Assembly (NCBI GenBank): GCA_035644475.1
Contig: DASQOL010000018.1
Span: 15,495-79,494 of the forward strand
Origin: Gammaproteobacteria bacterium
GTDB taxonomy: Bacteria; Pseudomonadota; Gammaproteobacteria; Steroidobacterales; Rariloculaceae
Direction of reading: 5' to 3'
DNA length: 64,000 bases
In this document: piece by piece, positions 1-8,732 of the stretch
How positions within the stretch are numbered: the first letter of the stretch is position 1
Layout of the letters: the number at the start of each line of letters is the position of its first letter
Made by a program: the position numbers and the translations under genes
Notes under the pieces: model-generated
What the model was told of the DNA's origin: nothing
The model's database searches: none
Seen by the model: only the letters and a program-made list of their open reading frames with translations

Positions 1-689
1 CGCACGCGATCGTCGCGCAGACCGAGAACCAGCGGCGCCTGCTCATCGACGGCTTCGGCCGCGACGACGCGATCGTCGTGGCGAACTTCCATCCCGCACC
101 GCCCGAGCTCGTGCAAGCCCCCCGCGGCGAGCAACGCGTCGTATGGATCGCCAACCTCAATCGCACGAAGAATCCTGCCGCGTTCGTGCGGCTCGCGGCC
201 AAATTCGCCGCGTTGTCCGACGTCAAGTTCACGATTGCGGGCGCGTCCTACGACGACCCCTGGACGCAGGCGCAGCTCGCGCTGATTCGCTCGGCGCCGA
301 ACGTGGAATATCTCGGCAGGCTCACGCAGGACGAGGTCAACGCTCTGCTCGAGCGTGCCACGGTGCTCGTGAACACGAGCGAGTACGAGGGCTTCGCGAA
401 CACGTTCATCCAAGCGTGGCTCCGCCAAGTGCCGGTCGCGAGCCTGCACGTGGACCCGGACGGGCTGCTCTCCCGCGCGGGCTTGGGCACGGTCGCGGGG
501 TCCGAGGAGCAACTCGCCCGCGACGTCGCGCGTTGGCTCGAAACTCCGCCCGCGGAACGCGCGACGCTCGGCGCTCGCTGCCGCGCGTACGCCGTGGCGA
601 ATCACAGCGAGTCGAATATCGCCACGATCGCGCGCCTGCTCGACGTGCCCGCGGCGCGATCGGCGCCCGGCGGCCGGGTCGCCGCCTAG
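1..689 (+). CDS. Glycosyltransferase family 4 (GT-B fold), C-terminal part; the 5' end lies outside the window
   Basis: Frame 3 is open from base 3 (HAIVAQTENQRRLLIDGFGRDDAIVVANF...) and runs into listed ORF 78..689. The C-domain motif NTSEYEGFANTFIQAW is typical of GT1/GT4 enzymes. It heads a polysaccharide gene cluster. Confidence 0.75.
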   Translation, partial: HAIVAQTENQRRLLIDGFGRDDAIVVANFHPAPPELVQAPRGEQRVVWIANLNRTKNPAAFVRLAAKFAALSDVKFTIAGASYDDPWTQAQLALIRSAPNVEYLGRLTQDEVNALLERATVLVNTSEYEGFANTFIQAWLRQVPVASLHVDPDGLLSRAGLGTVAGSEEQLARDVARWLETPPAERATLGARCRAYAVANHSESNIATIARLLDVPAARSAPGGRVAA

Positions 690-694
690 CCGCA

Positions 695-2056
695 ATGGTC
701 CACCTCCTCGTCATGGCCCTGCTCGCCGCGATCCTGGTACTCGAGTATCTCGTGCGCGACCGCGGCCTGCTGAGCTCGTATTTCCTGCTCGTGCCGGAGC
801 TCCTGTCCGGAATCGCGATGCTGATCGTGTTCGCGCGCATCGTCGCGGGCGCTCGCATCTTGCTCGACTGGCGCTACGGTGCGTTCTTCGCGCTGCTGCT
901 CGCGACGATCGTGTTCGGCTACGCCGTGCAGGACGTACCGACCGGGGCGATGGTCGCCGGCGCCCGTAGCTATCTGAAATTCATTCCCTTCTTTCTGCTT
1001 CCGGCCGTCTGGAATTTCACGCCGCGGCAGCTTCGCGCCCAGCTCGGGCTCGTGCTCGCCCTCCTCGTCGTCCAAACGCCGCTCGCGTTCTACCAGCGCT
1101 TCGTCGAGTTCGCGAACAAAATGAACGACGGCGATCCGATCAAGGGCACGACCACCTCGTCGAGCTCCTTGAGCATGTTCATGGTCGTGGCGATCGCCGG
1201 GATCGTGGTGGCGTACCTGCGCGGCAAGCTCCGCCTGCTCGCGGTGCTGTTGCTGATCGGCTGGCTGTTCGTGCCCACGACTATCAACGAAACCAAGGCC
1301 ACGATCATATTGTTGCCCTTCGCGCTGCTCGTGCCCGCGTTCATGATGCCGGCAGGGTCGAAGGCCGCGCGCAAGCTCGTGCCGATCGCCGCGATCGGTG
1401 CGGTCGCGGGCATTGGTTTCGTGGGCGCCTACGACTACCTGATCCAGTACCGGCAATACAGCCATCCGCTCGGCGACGCCTTCAGCACGAAGGGCCTCAC
1501 CTACTACTTCTACACGGGCGCTGCCGAGCACGACGCCGAGTACATCGGCCGTTTCGACAGTCTCGAATTCGCCGTCGAGCACACGGTGCGCGACCCGATC
1601 ACGTTCGCGTTCGGCCTCGGCGCCGCAAACGTGGCGGAGTCGTTCGTGCCGCAGTTCGCGGGCAAGTATTGGTCGTACTACATGCGCTTCGGCGTGGGCC
1701 AGACGCAGGTCACGACCTTCCTCTGGGAAATCGGCGTCGTCGGCCTGCTCGCCTATCTCGCGTTGTTCGCCTTTCTCGCGAGCGACTCGATGGTGCTCGC
1801 CAAGTCCGACGACTACGCCGCCGAGCTCGGACAAATATGGACCGTGGCGATGATCGTCATGGCGTTCGGCCTGCTCTACAAGAGTGTTTTCTCGATGAAC
1901 GACGTCGGCTATCTGTTCTGGTATTTCTCGGGACTCGTGGCCTCGCGCGCTTATGCCGTACGGCACGCACACGTGAGCCGCGCCACACGGCGCGTGCCCG
2001 CAGCGTGGCGCACGGCGGCGGAGCCGTCCGCGCGCGACGCGGCGCTCGGTGCGTGA
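695..2056 (+). CDS. O-antigen ligase/polymerase-like (Wzy/WaaL family) polytopic membrane protein
   Basis: ATG at 695 lies 6 nt after the upstream stop (MVHLLVMALLAAILVLEY...). About 453 aa with many hydrophobic helices and one large hydrophilic loop. The Arg-rich N-terminal part of listed ORF 143..2056 overlaps the previous gene and is not credible. Confidence 0.65.
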   Translation: MVHLLVMALLAAILVLEYLVRDRGLLSSYFLLVPELLSGIAMLIVFARIVAGARILLDWRYGAFFALLLATIVFGYAVQDVPTGAMVAGARSYLKFIPFFLLPAVWNFTPRQLRAQLGLVLALLVVQTPLAFYQRFVEFANKMNDGDPIKGTTTSSSSLSMFMVVAIAGIVVAYLRGKLRLLAVLLLIGWLFVPTTINETKATIILLPFALLVPAFMMPAGSKAARKLVPIAAIGAVAGIGFVGAYDYLIQYRQYSHPLGDAFSTKGLTYYFYTGAAEHDAEYIGRFDSLEFAVEHTVRDPITFAFGLGAANVAESFVPQFAGKYWSYYMRFGVGQTQVTTFLWEIGVVGLLAYLALFAFLASDSMVLAKSDDYAAELGQIWTVAMIVMAFGLLYKSVFSMNDVGYLFWYFSGLVASRAYAVRHAHVSRATRRVPAAWRTAAEPSARDAALGA

Positions 2057-2061
2057 CGCGC

Positions 2062-3291
2062 ATGGCCGCCACCCTCTTGAGCGTCAACAACTACTACTAC
2101 GCGCGCGGCGGCGCGGAGGTCGCGTTCTTCCGCCACAACGCGATGCTGCGCGGCGAAGGCTGGTCGATCGTGCCGTTCGCGATGAATCACGAGCGCAACG
2201 TCGGCGGCGTCAACGCCACGTTCGTCGACGAGATCGAGCTCGGCCGAGACGACGGTACGCTCACGAAGGCGCGCAAGGCGCTCAAGGCGGTGTATTCCTT
2301 CGAGTCGCGGCGCAAGGTCGCGCGGCTCATCGACAGCGCGTTACCCGACGTCTGCCACGCGCACAACGTCTATCACCACATCTCACCCTCGGTCTTGAGC
2401 CTGATCCGGCGGCGCGGGATCCCGCTGGTGATGACCCTGCACGACCTCAAGATCGCGTGCCCCGCTTACTCGATGCTCACGCACGACGGCATCTGCGAGC
2501 GGTGCCGGGATGGCCGCTTGTTCCAGGTCGTCACGAACCGCTGCATGAAAGGCAGCCTAGTCTTGAGCACCCTGATCATGGTCGAGAGCTATCTGCACCG
2601 CTACCTCGGCAGCTACGTGGCGAACGTCGACCGATTCCTCGTTCCGAGCAGGTTCTACTTGAGCAAGCTCCTCGAGTGGGGCTTCGATCCGGCACGCTTT
2701 ACGTACGTGCCGAACTTCGTCGACGCGTCGGCGGTGAAGCCGCGATTCGCACCCGGCACGCGGTTCCTCTACTTCGGACGGCTCTCGGCGGAAAAAGGCC
2801 TCGCGACGCTGCTGTATGCGGCCGCGCGGGCGCGCGTCGGCGTCGACCTGGTCGGTGCCGGCCCGCAAGCCACAGAGCTAGAGAAGCTCGCCGCCAGCGC
2901 GGGAACCGACGTGCGATTCCTGGGCTTTCTCTCCGGCGTCCCGCTCGACGCCGCGATCGGCGCCGCACGCGCCGTGGTCGTGCCGTCGGAGTGGTACGAG
3001 AACGCGCCGCTGTCGGTGCTCGAGGCGGCGGCGCTCGGCAAGCCGCTGATCGTCGCCCGCATCGGCGGGCTGCCGGAGCTCGTCGTCGACGGCGAGACCG
3101 GTTGGATCTTCGAGTCGCGATCCGTGGACGCGCTCGCCGAGCGATTGCGCCGCGTCGCGGATCTGCCGGACTCCGCGGTCGAGGCCACGGGCCGCGCGGC
3201 GCGCGACCGCGTGGCCGCGGAGTTCTCGCCGAGCCGCTATCGCGACGACATTCGCGGGGTCTATTCCCGTTTGGGGGTGGTATGGCCGTAA
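2062..3291 (+). CDS. Glycosyltransferase family 4
   Basis: ATG at 2062 (MAATLLSVNNYYYARGGAEV...). C-terminal EWYENAPLSVLEAAALGKPLIVARIGGLPELVVDGETGWIFE is the E-x7-E GT1/GT4 signature. Confidence 0.85.
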   Translation: MAATLLSVNNYYYARGGAEVAFFRHNAMLRGEGWSIVPFAMNHERNVGGVNATFVDEIELGRDDGTLTKARKALKAVYSFESRRKVARLIDSALPDVCHAHNVYHHISPSVLSLIRRRGIPLVMTLHDLKIACPAYSMLTHDGICERCRDGRLFQVVTNRCMKGSLVLSTLIMVESYLHRYLGSYVANVDRFLVPSRFYLSKLLEWGFDPARFTYVPNFVDASAVKPRFAPGTRFLYFGRLSAEKGLATLLYAAARARVGVDLVGAGPQATELEKLAASAGTDVRFLGFLSGVPLDAAIGAARAVVVPSEWYENAPLSVLEAAALGKPLIVARIGGLPELVVDGETGWIFESRSVDALAERLRRVADLPDSAVEATGRAARDRVAAEFSPSRYRDDIRGVYSRLGVVWP

Positions 3292-4460
3292 GCATCGACG
3301 AGATCGCCGTGGCGGCGGATCGCCCGCGGCCGCTCCGGATCATGGTCTTGGGCCTCCGCGGGATCGCGGTCCAAGGCGGCATCGAGTCGCACGCCCGTAT
3401 GCTCTACCCGTTGCTCGCCCGGCTCGGCTGCGAGATCGAGGTCGTGCAGCGCGGCCCGTACTTCCCGCGCGGCGGGCGTCGCCGGTATTGGCGCGGGATC
3501 AAGCTCACGTATCTCTGGAGCCCCACCAAGCCGGTGCTCGAGACCGCAGTGCATACCTTGCTCGGCGTGCTGTACGCCGCCGTGCGCCGCCCCGACGTGC
3601 TGCATCTGCACGCCGTCGGCCCCGGCCTGCTCGCGCCGCTCGCGCGCCTCTTCGGGCTGCGCGTCGTGCTCACGCATCACGGCCCGGACTACGAGCGCGA
3701 GAAATGGGGCGCCTCCGCCAAGGTATTGCTGCGCGCCGGCGAGCGGCTCGGCGTGCGCTTCGCGCATCGCCCGATCGTCGTGTCGCCGACGCTGAGGGAC
3801 GAGGTCGCGCGCCGCTACGGCGTGGGCGCGGAGCTCATTCCGAACGGCGCGCCGAAGGTGCTGCCCGCGGTCACGCGCCGCAGTCTCGAGCGTTTTGGCC
3901 TCGCGTCCGGCCGCTACGTGCTGTGCGTCGGGCGCCTCGATCCGGGCAAGCGCCAAGGGGACTTGATCGAAGCGTTTCGCGCGGCGCAGCTCTTAGGTTG
4001 GAAGCTCGTGATCGTGGGCGGCTTGAGCATCGGCGACCGCTACTGCGAGCGGATTCGCGCCTGTGCGGCGCTCGACCCGAACGTCGTGCTCACCGACTTC
4101 CAGGCCGGCGCGACCTTGCGCGAGCTCTACTCGCACGCCGGCCTGTTCGTGCTGCCGTCGGCGGTCGAGGGTCATCCGATCGTGCTGCTCGAGGCGGCGA
4201 CCTACGGCGTGCCGATCCTCGCGAGCGCAATCGAAGCCAATCTGGCGCTGCCGCTGCCGCGCGACCGCTACTTCCGCGTCGGCGACACGCGCGGGCTCGC
4301 GACGCTGCTCAGGGCCGCGGTGTCCGAGCCGGGGGCCGAGCGCGAGCGCTGCGACAAGCTGCGCTCGCTGGTGCGCACGCGCTATTCGTGGCGACGCGCC
4401 GCGCAGCTCACTCGCGCCGTGTACGGAGACGCCGTCGGCGAGGCGCTCCCGCGTGGCTAG
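3282..4460 (+). CDS. Glycosyltransferase family 4
   Basis: ATG at 3282 overlaps the upstream stop by 10 nt (MAVSIDEIAV...LRIMVLGLRGIAVQGGIESH...). C-domain motif PSAVEGHPIVLLEAATYGVPILAS. Confidence 0.85.
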   Translation: MAVSIDEIAVAADRPRPLRIMVLGLRGIAVQGGIESHARMLYPLLARLGCEIEVVQRGPYFPRGGRRRYWRGIKLTYLWSPTKPVLETAVHTLLGVLYAAVRRPDVLHLHAVGPGLLAPLARLFGLRVVLTHHGPDYEREKWGASAKVLLRAGERLGVRFAHRPIVVSPTLRDEVARRYGVGAELIPNGAPKVLPAVTRRSLERFGLASGRYVLCVGRLDPGKRQGDLIEAFRAAQLLGWKLVIVGGLSIGDRYCERIRACAALDPNVVLTDFQAGATLRELYSHAGLFVLPSAVEGHPIVLLEAATYGVPILASAIEANLALPLPRDRYFRVGDTRGLATLLRAAVSEPGAERERCDKLRSLVRTRYSWRRAAQLTRAVYGDAVGEALPRG

Positions 4461-6198
4461 GGCGATCCTGGTCGTGCGGCGCCGAGCCGATGCAAGCGGC
4501 CGGCTCGAGGCGTACCTCGATGCGTTGAACCGCAACCTCGCGCCGGACAACATCGTGCCGCACGCACCCGCGTTCGTGCGAGCATCCGGCGTCGAGGCGG
4601 CGATCTTCAACCCGAACGGCGCCACGCGGCTCGAAGGCACGAGCGTCTGCATCGGCGCGCTGCTCGAGGAGGCCCCGCTCTGGCACGCCCCGGGCGCCCG
4701 CCTTCCCGACGGGACTTATGCGCTGTTGCGCGCGGACGCAAACCGGGTCGAGCTCGCGGCCGACGCGGCGGCGTCGCGGACCATCTGGTACGTGCTCACC
4801 GACGAAGAGCTCATCGCCTCCACGTCGCAACGCGCGATCGTCACGCTGCTCGGCTCCTTCGAGATGAATCGCGAGGCGCTTCCTTGGCTGCTTTCGTCCG
4901 GCACCCTCGGCCCGGCGGCGGGCTGGGACGCGAGGCTCGAGCAGGTCCGGCCCGGCGAGCGCGTGACGCTCGATCGCGGCCGCTGGCGGCTGTCGCGCAG
5001 CGGGCAACCACCCGAGTTCCGCGCGGCAGCCGACCGCGACGAGGCCGCGCACCGCGCGCGGCTCGCGGAGATCGTCGAGGCCGTCTGCAAGCGCTTGACC
5101 TTCGACTCCACGAAATGGACGCTGCCGCTCTCGGGCGGCGTCGACAGCCGCGCGCTCCTGTTCCACCTGCACAAGCGGCGCGGTCTCGAGACCATCACCT
5201 GGGGCATGACGGGCACGCGCGAACAGGACGGCAACGACGCGCAGATCGCACGTACGCTCGCCGACGTGTTCGGCATCGGCAATCGGTTCTTCCCCACGGA
5301 CCTCTCGAGCGAGCCGCGCGAGCGGCTGATCCAGCGTTTCCTCACGGCGGGCGAAGGCCGGGTCGCACGAATCTCGGGGTATCTCGACGGATTCCTGGTC
5401 TGGAAGACGTTGTTCGACGAGGGCGCCGACGGCATCATCCGCGGCGACGAGGCGTTCGGCTCTGTCCTCGTGCGCAACGCCCGCGGCGTGCGCCACACGG
5501 CAAGCCTCACGCTGCTGTCCGATTTCTTCTCGCCGCACGAGCTGGCGGCGTTCGACCTGCCGGAGCAGCACGTGCCGCTGGAGCTCGAGCGCAAGCGCGA
5601 GGAGAGCCTCTCGACCTGGCGCGACCGGCTCTATCAGCAGTTCCGGGTCCCAGCCGTGCTCGCAGGGCTTACCGACCTGAAGGCCGCCTACGTCGAAGTC
5701 GCGAACCCGCTGCTCGCCCGCGCAGTGCTCGACTGCGTGCGCGAGCTGCCGGACGGCCTGCGCACCGAGAAACGCCTGTGGCGCGACCTCGTGCGCTCAT
5801 GGCTGCCGGACGTGCCCTTCGCGAGCCGGATCGCCGTGCCGTCGCTCGAGGAGGTGCTGACTGACCGCGCATTGCTGTCGCTGATGCTCGACGAGATGCG
5901 CGGTAGCGGCGCGAGCGACTTGTTCTCGCCGGCGCTACGCAACAAAGTCTGTGCGACGATCAATGCGGCGCTGCTCGCCAGCCGGGCGCCGCGGCGCCCG
6001 TCCACGCTCAAGCTCAGGCTGGCGCGGGCGATACCTCCGCGCCTCCGCGCGGCGGCGCGGACCTGGCTCAGCGTGAAGCCGTCACTCGACCCGCTCGCGT
6101 TCGCGTTTCGCTCGTTCCTTGCATCACGGATGAACGCCTTGCTCAAGCTCGACGCGGCCACGCCGCCGGCGGATATGCAGCGCGCGGTGAATCTTTAG
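4453..6198 (+). CDS. Asparagine synthase (AsnB)-like amidotransferase with a PP-loop; the N-terminal Cys nucleophile is absent
   Basis: PP-loop motif LPLSGGVDSRALLFHL. The N-terminal region resembles a class-II glutamine amidotransferase fold (YALLRADANRVELAADAAASRTIWYV...ASTSQRAI). The only in-frame start after the upstream gene is GTG 4453, giving (M)ARAILVV instead of MCG. Confidence 0.75.
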   Translation: MARAILVVRRRADASGRLEAYLDALNRNLAPDNIVPHAPAFVRASGVEAAIFNPNGATRLEGTSVCIGALLEEAPLWHAPGARLPDGTYALLRADANRVELAADAAASRTIWYVLTDEELIASTSQRAIVTLLGSFEMNREALPWLLSSGTLGPAAGWDARLEQVRPGERVTLDRGRWRLSRSGQPPEFRAAADRDEAAHRARLAEIVEAVCKRLTFDSTKWTLPLSGGVDSRALLFHLHKRRGLETITWGMTGTREQDGNDAQIARTLADVFGIGNRFFPTDLSSEPRERLIQRFLTAGEGRVARISGYLDGFLVWKTLFDEGADGIIRGDEAFGSVLVRNARGVRHTASLTLLSDFFSPHELAAFDLPEQHVPLELERKREESLSTWRDRLYQQFRVPAVLAGLTDLKAAYVEVANPLLARAVLDCVRELPDGLRTEKRLWRDLVRSWLPDVPFASRIAVPSLEEVLTDRALLSLMLDEMRGSGASDLFSPALRNKVCATINAALLASRAPRRPSTLKLRLARAIPPRLRAAARTWLSVKPSLDPLAFAFRSFLASRMNALLKLDAATPPADMQRAVNL

Positions 6199-6237
6199 GA
6201 CGCCGCTCTAGGAGACACCCTGAAAGAGCAAACGGAC

Positions 6238-7785
6238 ATGCTCCGCCATGGGCGCGGTCTTCTCACCGTGAACGCGCTCGTGCTCGGCGCGCTCGCGATC
6301 GGGTTCTTGAACAACGTCATCATCGCGGCGATCTTCGGCCTCACGCGCCGCGTCGACGCCTTCTTCGCGGCCTCGATGCTGCCGAGCCTGTTCATGGCGC
6401 TGTGTGTCGACTACTTGGGCAAGAATTTCCTGCCGGTGCTCGCTGCGGCGAAGCACGAGAGCGACGAGAGCGCCTCGACGCTCACGTCTAGCGTCGTGAC
6501 GATCGTCGGCCTCCTGGCCGCAGGAACGGCAGTGCTGCTCCCGCTCTTCGGCAGCCGGTTGTTCGACCTGCTGCTGCCGGGCTTCGACACGAGCGAGACG
6601 AAGCTCGTGAGCCGCTATTTCGCGATCATGGCGCCGGCGATCGTGTTCATGGCCGTCAACACGTTCCACGAGTACGTCTGGCAGTACGAGGGGCGCTTCG
6701 TCTACGTCTCGGCGAGCCGGCTCGCGCTGCCCGCGGCGAACCTTGCGGGCATGCTGGTGCTCGCGCCGTTCGTCGGGGAGTACTGCTTGCCGCTCGGCTT
6801 CCTCGTGGGGCATGTCGTGGTCTTCTTCATGTTGATCAGGCGGGCGCCGTACCGCTACCGGCTGAGCATCGCGATGCGGCCGGGCCTCGAGCGGCGGGTC
6901 TTCGCGAACTCCGCGATCGTGATGAGCACCGGCCTCGTCGCGCGAACGAAGTCGATCATCATGAATTATCTCGGCTCGACGCTCGGCGGCGGCGCGATCG
7001 CGGCGCTGGCGCTCGCCACCAAGCTCACGGAGCCGCTCGAGCGCAGCGCGTTCTCCGGGCTGCGCATGGTGATGTTCAACCACACCGCGCGCCTGTTCGT
7101 GGAGCGCAACGAGCGCGCGCTCGGCCAGGTCTACGCGCTGGGGTTGAGCGTGAGCTTCCTGCTGCTCGCGCCGCTGCTCTGGTGGGTCGCGCTGAACGGC
7201 GACGAGATCGTGCGGGCGTTTTTCCTGCGTGGCGAGTTCACGCCGCAGATGGCGGGTCTGGTGGCGGGCGCACTCGTGGCCCTGATCCCCTCGGTGCTGT
7301 TGCTCGGCTTGAATCAGCTCCTGTCGAACGCGTTCTATGCGATGAACCAGGTGAAGGTTCCGGCGATCGTGATGCCGTTCGGCACTGTGGTGTACGTCGG
7401 CGCAGCGGTGCCGCTCGGCGCGCTGCTCGGCACGCAGGGGCTGGCGCTCGCCACGACCGTGACCGCGGCCCTCACCTTCGTCGCGATGTTCGTGTGCCTC
7501 GCGCGCGTGCTGCACGAGCTGCACCCCGTGCAGACGGCGCTGCGCCTGCTTTGGTACACGCTGCTCGGCGGCGCCGTGATGATCGTCGCCACCGAGTTCG
7601 TGAGGGCGCTCGGCGGGCCGCGGTTCGTCGTCGCCGCGGCGAGCCTGCCGCTCGGTGCGGCGCTCTACTCGGCCGTGCTCGCGCTACTCGGCGACAAGAC
7701 CTTCCGGCTGTTGTTCCGGTTCGCGCGCGGCGTCCTGCGCGAGACGGCCTCGAACGGGGCGGCTCGCGCGGCGCCGCGTCAGTAG
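6238..7785 (+). CDS. MOP-superfamily polysaccharide/lipid flippase (MurJ/MviN-like)
   Basis: 515 aa with about 12-14 TM segments. The N-terminus (NALVLGALAIGFLNNVIIAAIFGLTRRVDAFFAA) is typical of the MurJ/MviN family. It is the last gene of the plus-strand EPS genes. Confidence 0.8.
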   Translation: MLRHGRGLLTVNALVLGALAIGFLNNVIIAAIFGLTRRVDAFFAASMLPSLFMALCVDYLGKNFLPVLAAAKHESDESASTLTSSVVTIVGLLAAGTAVLLPLFGSRLFDLLLPGFDTSETKLVSRYFAIMAPAIVFMAVNTFHEYVWQYEGRFVYVSASRLALPAANLAGMLVLAPFVGEYCLPLGFLVGHVVVFFMLIRRAPYRYRLSIAMRPGLERRVFANSAIVMSTGLVARTKSIIMNYLGSTLGGGAIAALALATKLTEPLERSAFSGLRMVMFNHTARLFVERNERALGQVYALGLSVSFLLLAPLLWWVALNGDEIVRAFFLRGEFTPQMAGLVAGALVALIPSVLLLGLNQLLSNAFYAMNQVKVPAIVMPFGTVVYVGAAVPLGALLGTQGLALATTVTAALTFVAMFVCLARVLHELHPVQTALRLLWYTLLGGAVMIVATEFVRALGGPRFVVAAASLPLGAALYSAVLALLGDKTFRLLFRFARGVLRETASNGAARAAPRQ

Positions 7786-7834
7786 CCGAGGCGGCGCCGC
7801 GGCGAGCAGGGATGGCGGAAGTGCCGATGAGAGG

Positions 7835-8722
7835 TCAGCGAGTGCCGTAGTAATACGGCGCCACTTCTACAGACGACCGGTTGAGCACGGCGCCGACGAC
7901 GTTGACGTTCTGCAGGAGCTCGCGGATCGCCACCAGGTCCGTGCGCTTCGTGGTGCCCTGCGCGAGCACGATGAGCAAGGCGTCGAGCATCGGGGAGAAC
8001 GCGAGCACGTCGTCGCCCGCGAACACCGGCGGCAAGTCGAACACCGCGATCCGCCCTTCGCCCTGTTTCACCTCGTCGACGAGCTCGGCGACTTGCGGCG
8101 ACGACAGGATCTCCGACGAGTTCGAGAAGGACCGCTCGTTCACGATCACGCCGAGGCGGTCGAGCCCCGGACGCACGGCGACCTTCTCGAGCGGTACTCC
8201 TCCCCGGAGGTGGTCGCCGATGCCGTGCTTCGGCGCGATACCGAGGTGGCGGTGGATCGAGGGCTTGCGCAGGTCCATGTCGACGAGCACGACGGAGGTG
8301 CCCGACTGCCGCGCCAGATTGATGCTCAGGTTGATCGCGGTCAGCGACTTGCCCTCGTCGGGACAAGTGCCCGTGACGCCGAGCGTCTTCCAGCCGTTGC
8401 GCCGCATCCGCTGTAGAACTCGCGTGCGCAGCACCTTGTAAGCCGCGCTGGCGCCGGAGTTATCGTCGACCACGATGCGGTTCCATTCGAGCACCGTCGG
8501 ATCGAGCTTGACGCTCGGCAAGCGCTGCACGTCGAGCCACGGAGGCGCCGCCTGCGGACGGTCGATGACCACCGCCTCGCCGCCCGCGACCACGCCTGCG
8601 ACGCCGTCCGCGCCACCCGCGACCACGCCGGCCAGCACGTCGGCCGCCGCGGCGGAATCCACGGAGCGCAAGGACGCCGCTCCGGCGCGCGCTCGCGCGA
8701 GTCCCTTCTCGATATTCGACAT
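7835..8722 (-). CDS. Bacterial tyrosine autokinase (CpsD/CapB-type, PEP-CTERM-locus EpsG-like)
   Basis: Walker A GTCPDEGKSLTA, Walker A' VVLVDMDLRKP, Walker B IAVFDLPP, and a C-terminal Tyr cluster APYYYGTR. Confidence 0.85.
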   Translation of the reverse strand: MSNIEKGLARARAGAASLRSVDSAAAADVLAGVVAGGADGVAGVVAGGEAVVIDRPQAAPPWLDVQRLPSVKLDPTVLEWNRIVVDDNSGASAAYKVLRTRVLQRMRRNGWKTLGVTGTCPDEGKSLTAINLSINLARQSGTSVVLVDMDLRKPSIHRHLGIAPKHGIGDHLRGGVPLEKVAVRPGLDRLGVIVNERSFSNSSEILSSPQVAELVDEVKQGEGRIAVFDLPPVFAGDDVLAFSPMLDALLIVLAQGTTKRTDLVAIRELLQNVNVVGAVLNRSSVEVAPYYYGTR

Positions 8723-8732
8723 CTCGCAACTC

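Noticed and set aside
8583-8629. Short direct repeat (CCCGCGACCACGCC twice, 33 nt apart) in the BY-kinase N-terminus giving GVVAGG...GVVAGG
   Set aside because: It is a low-complexity Gly/Val/Ala linker region. The repeat is short, in frame and typical of slippage in GC-rich linkers, with no evidence of functional significance.
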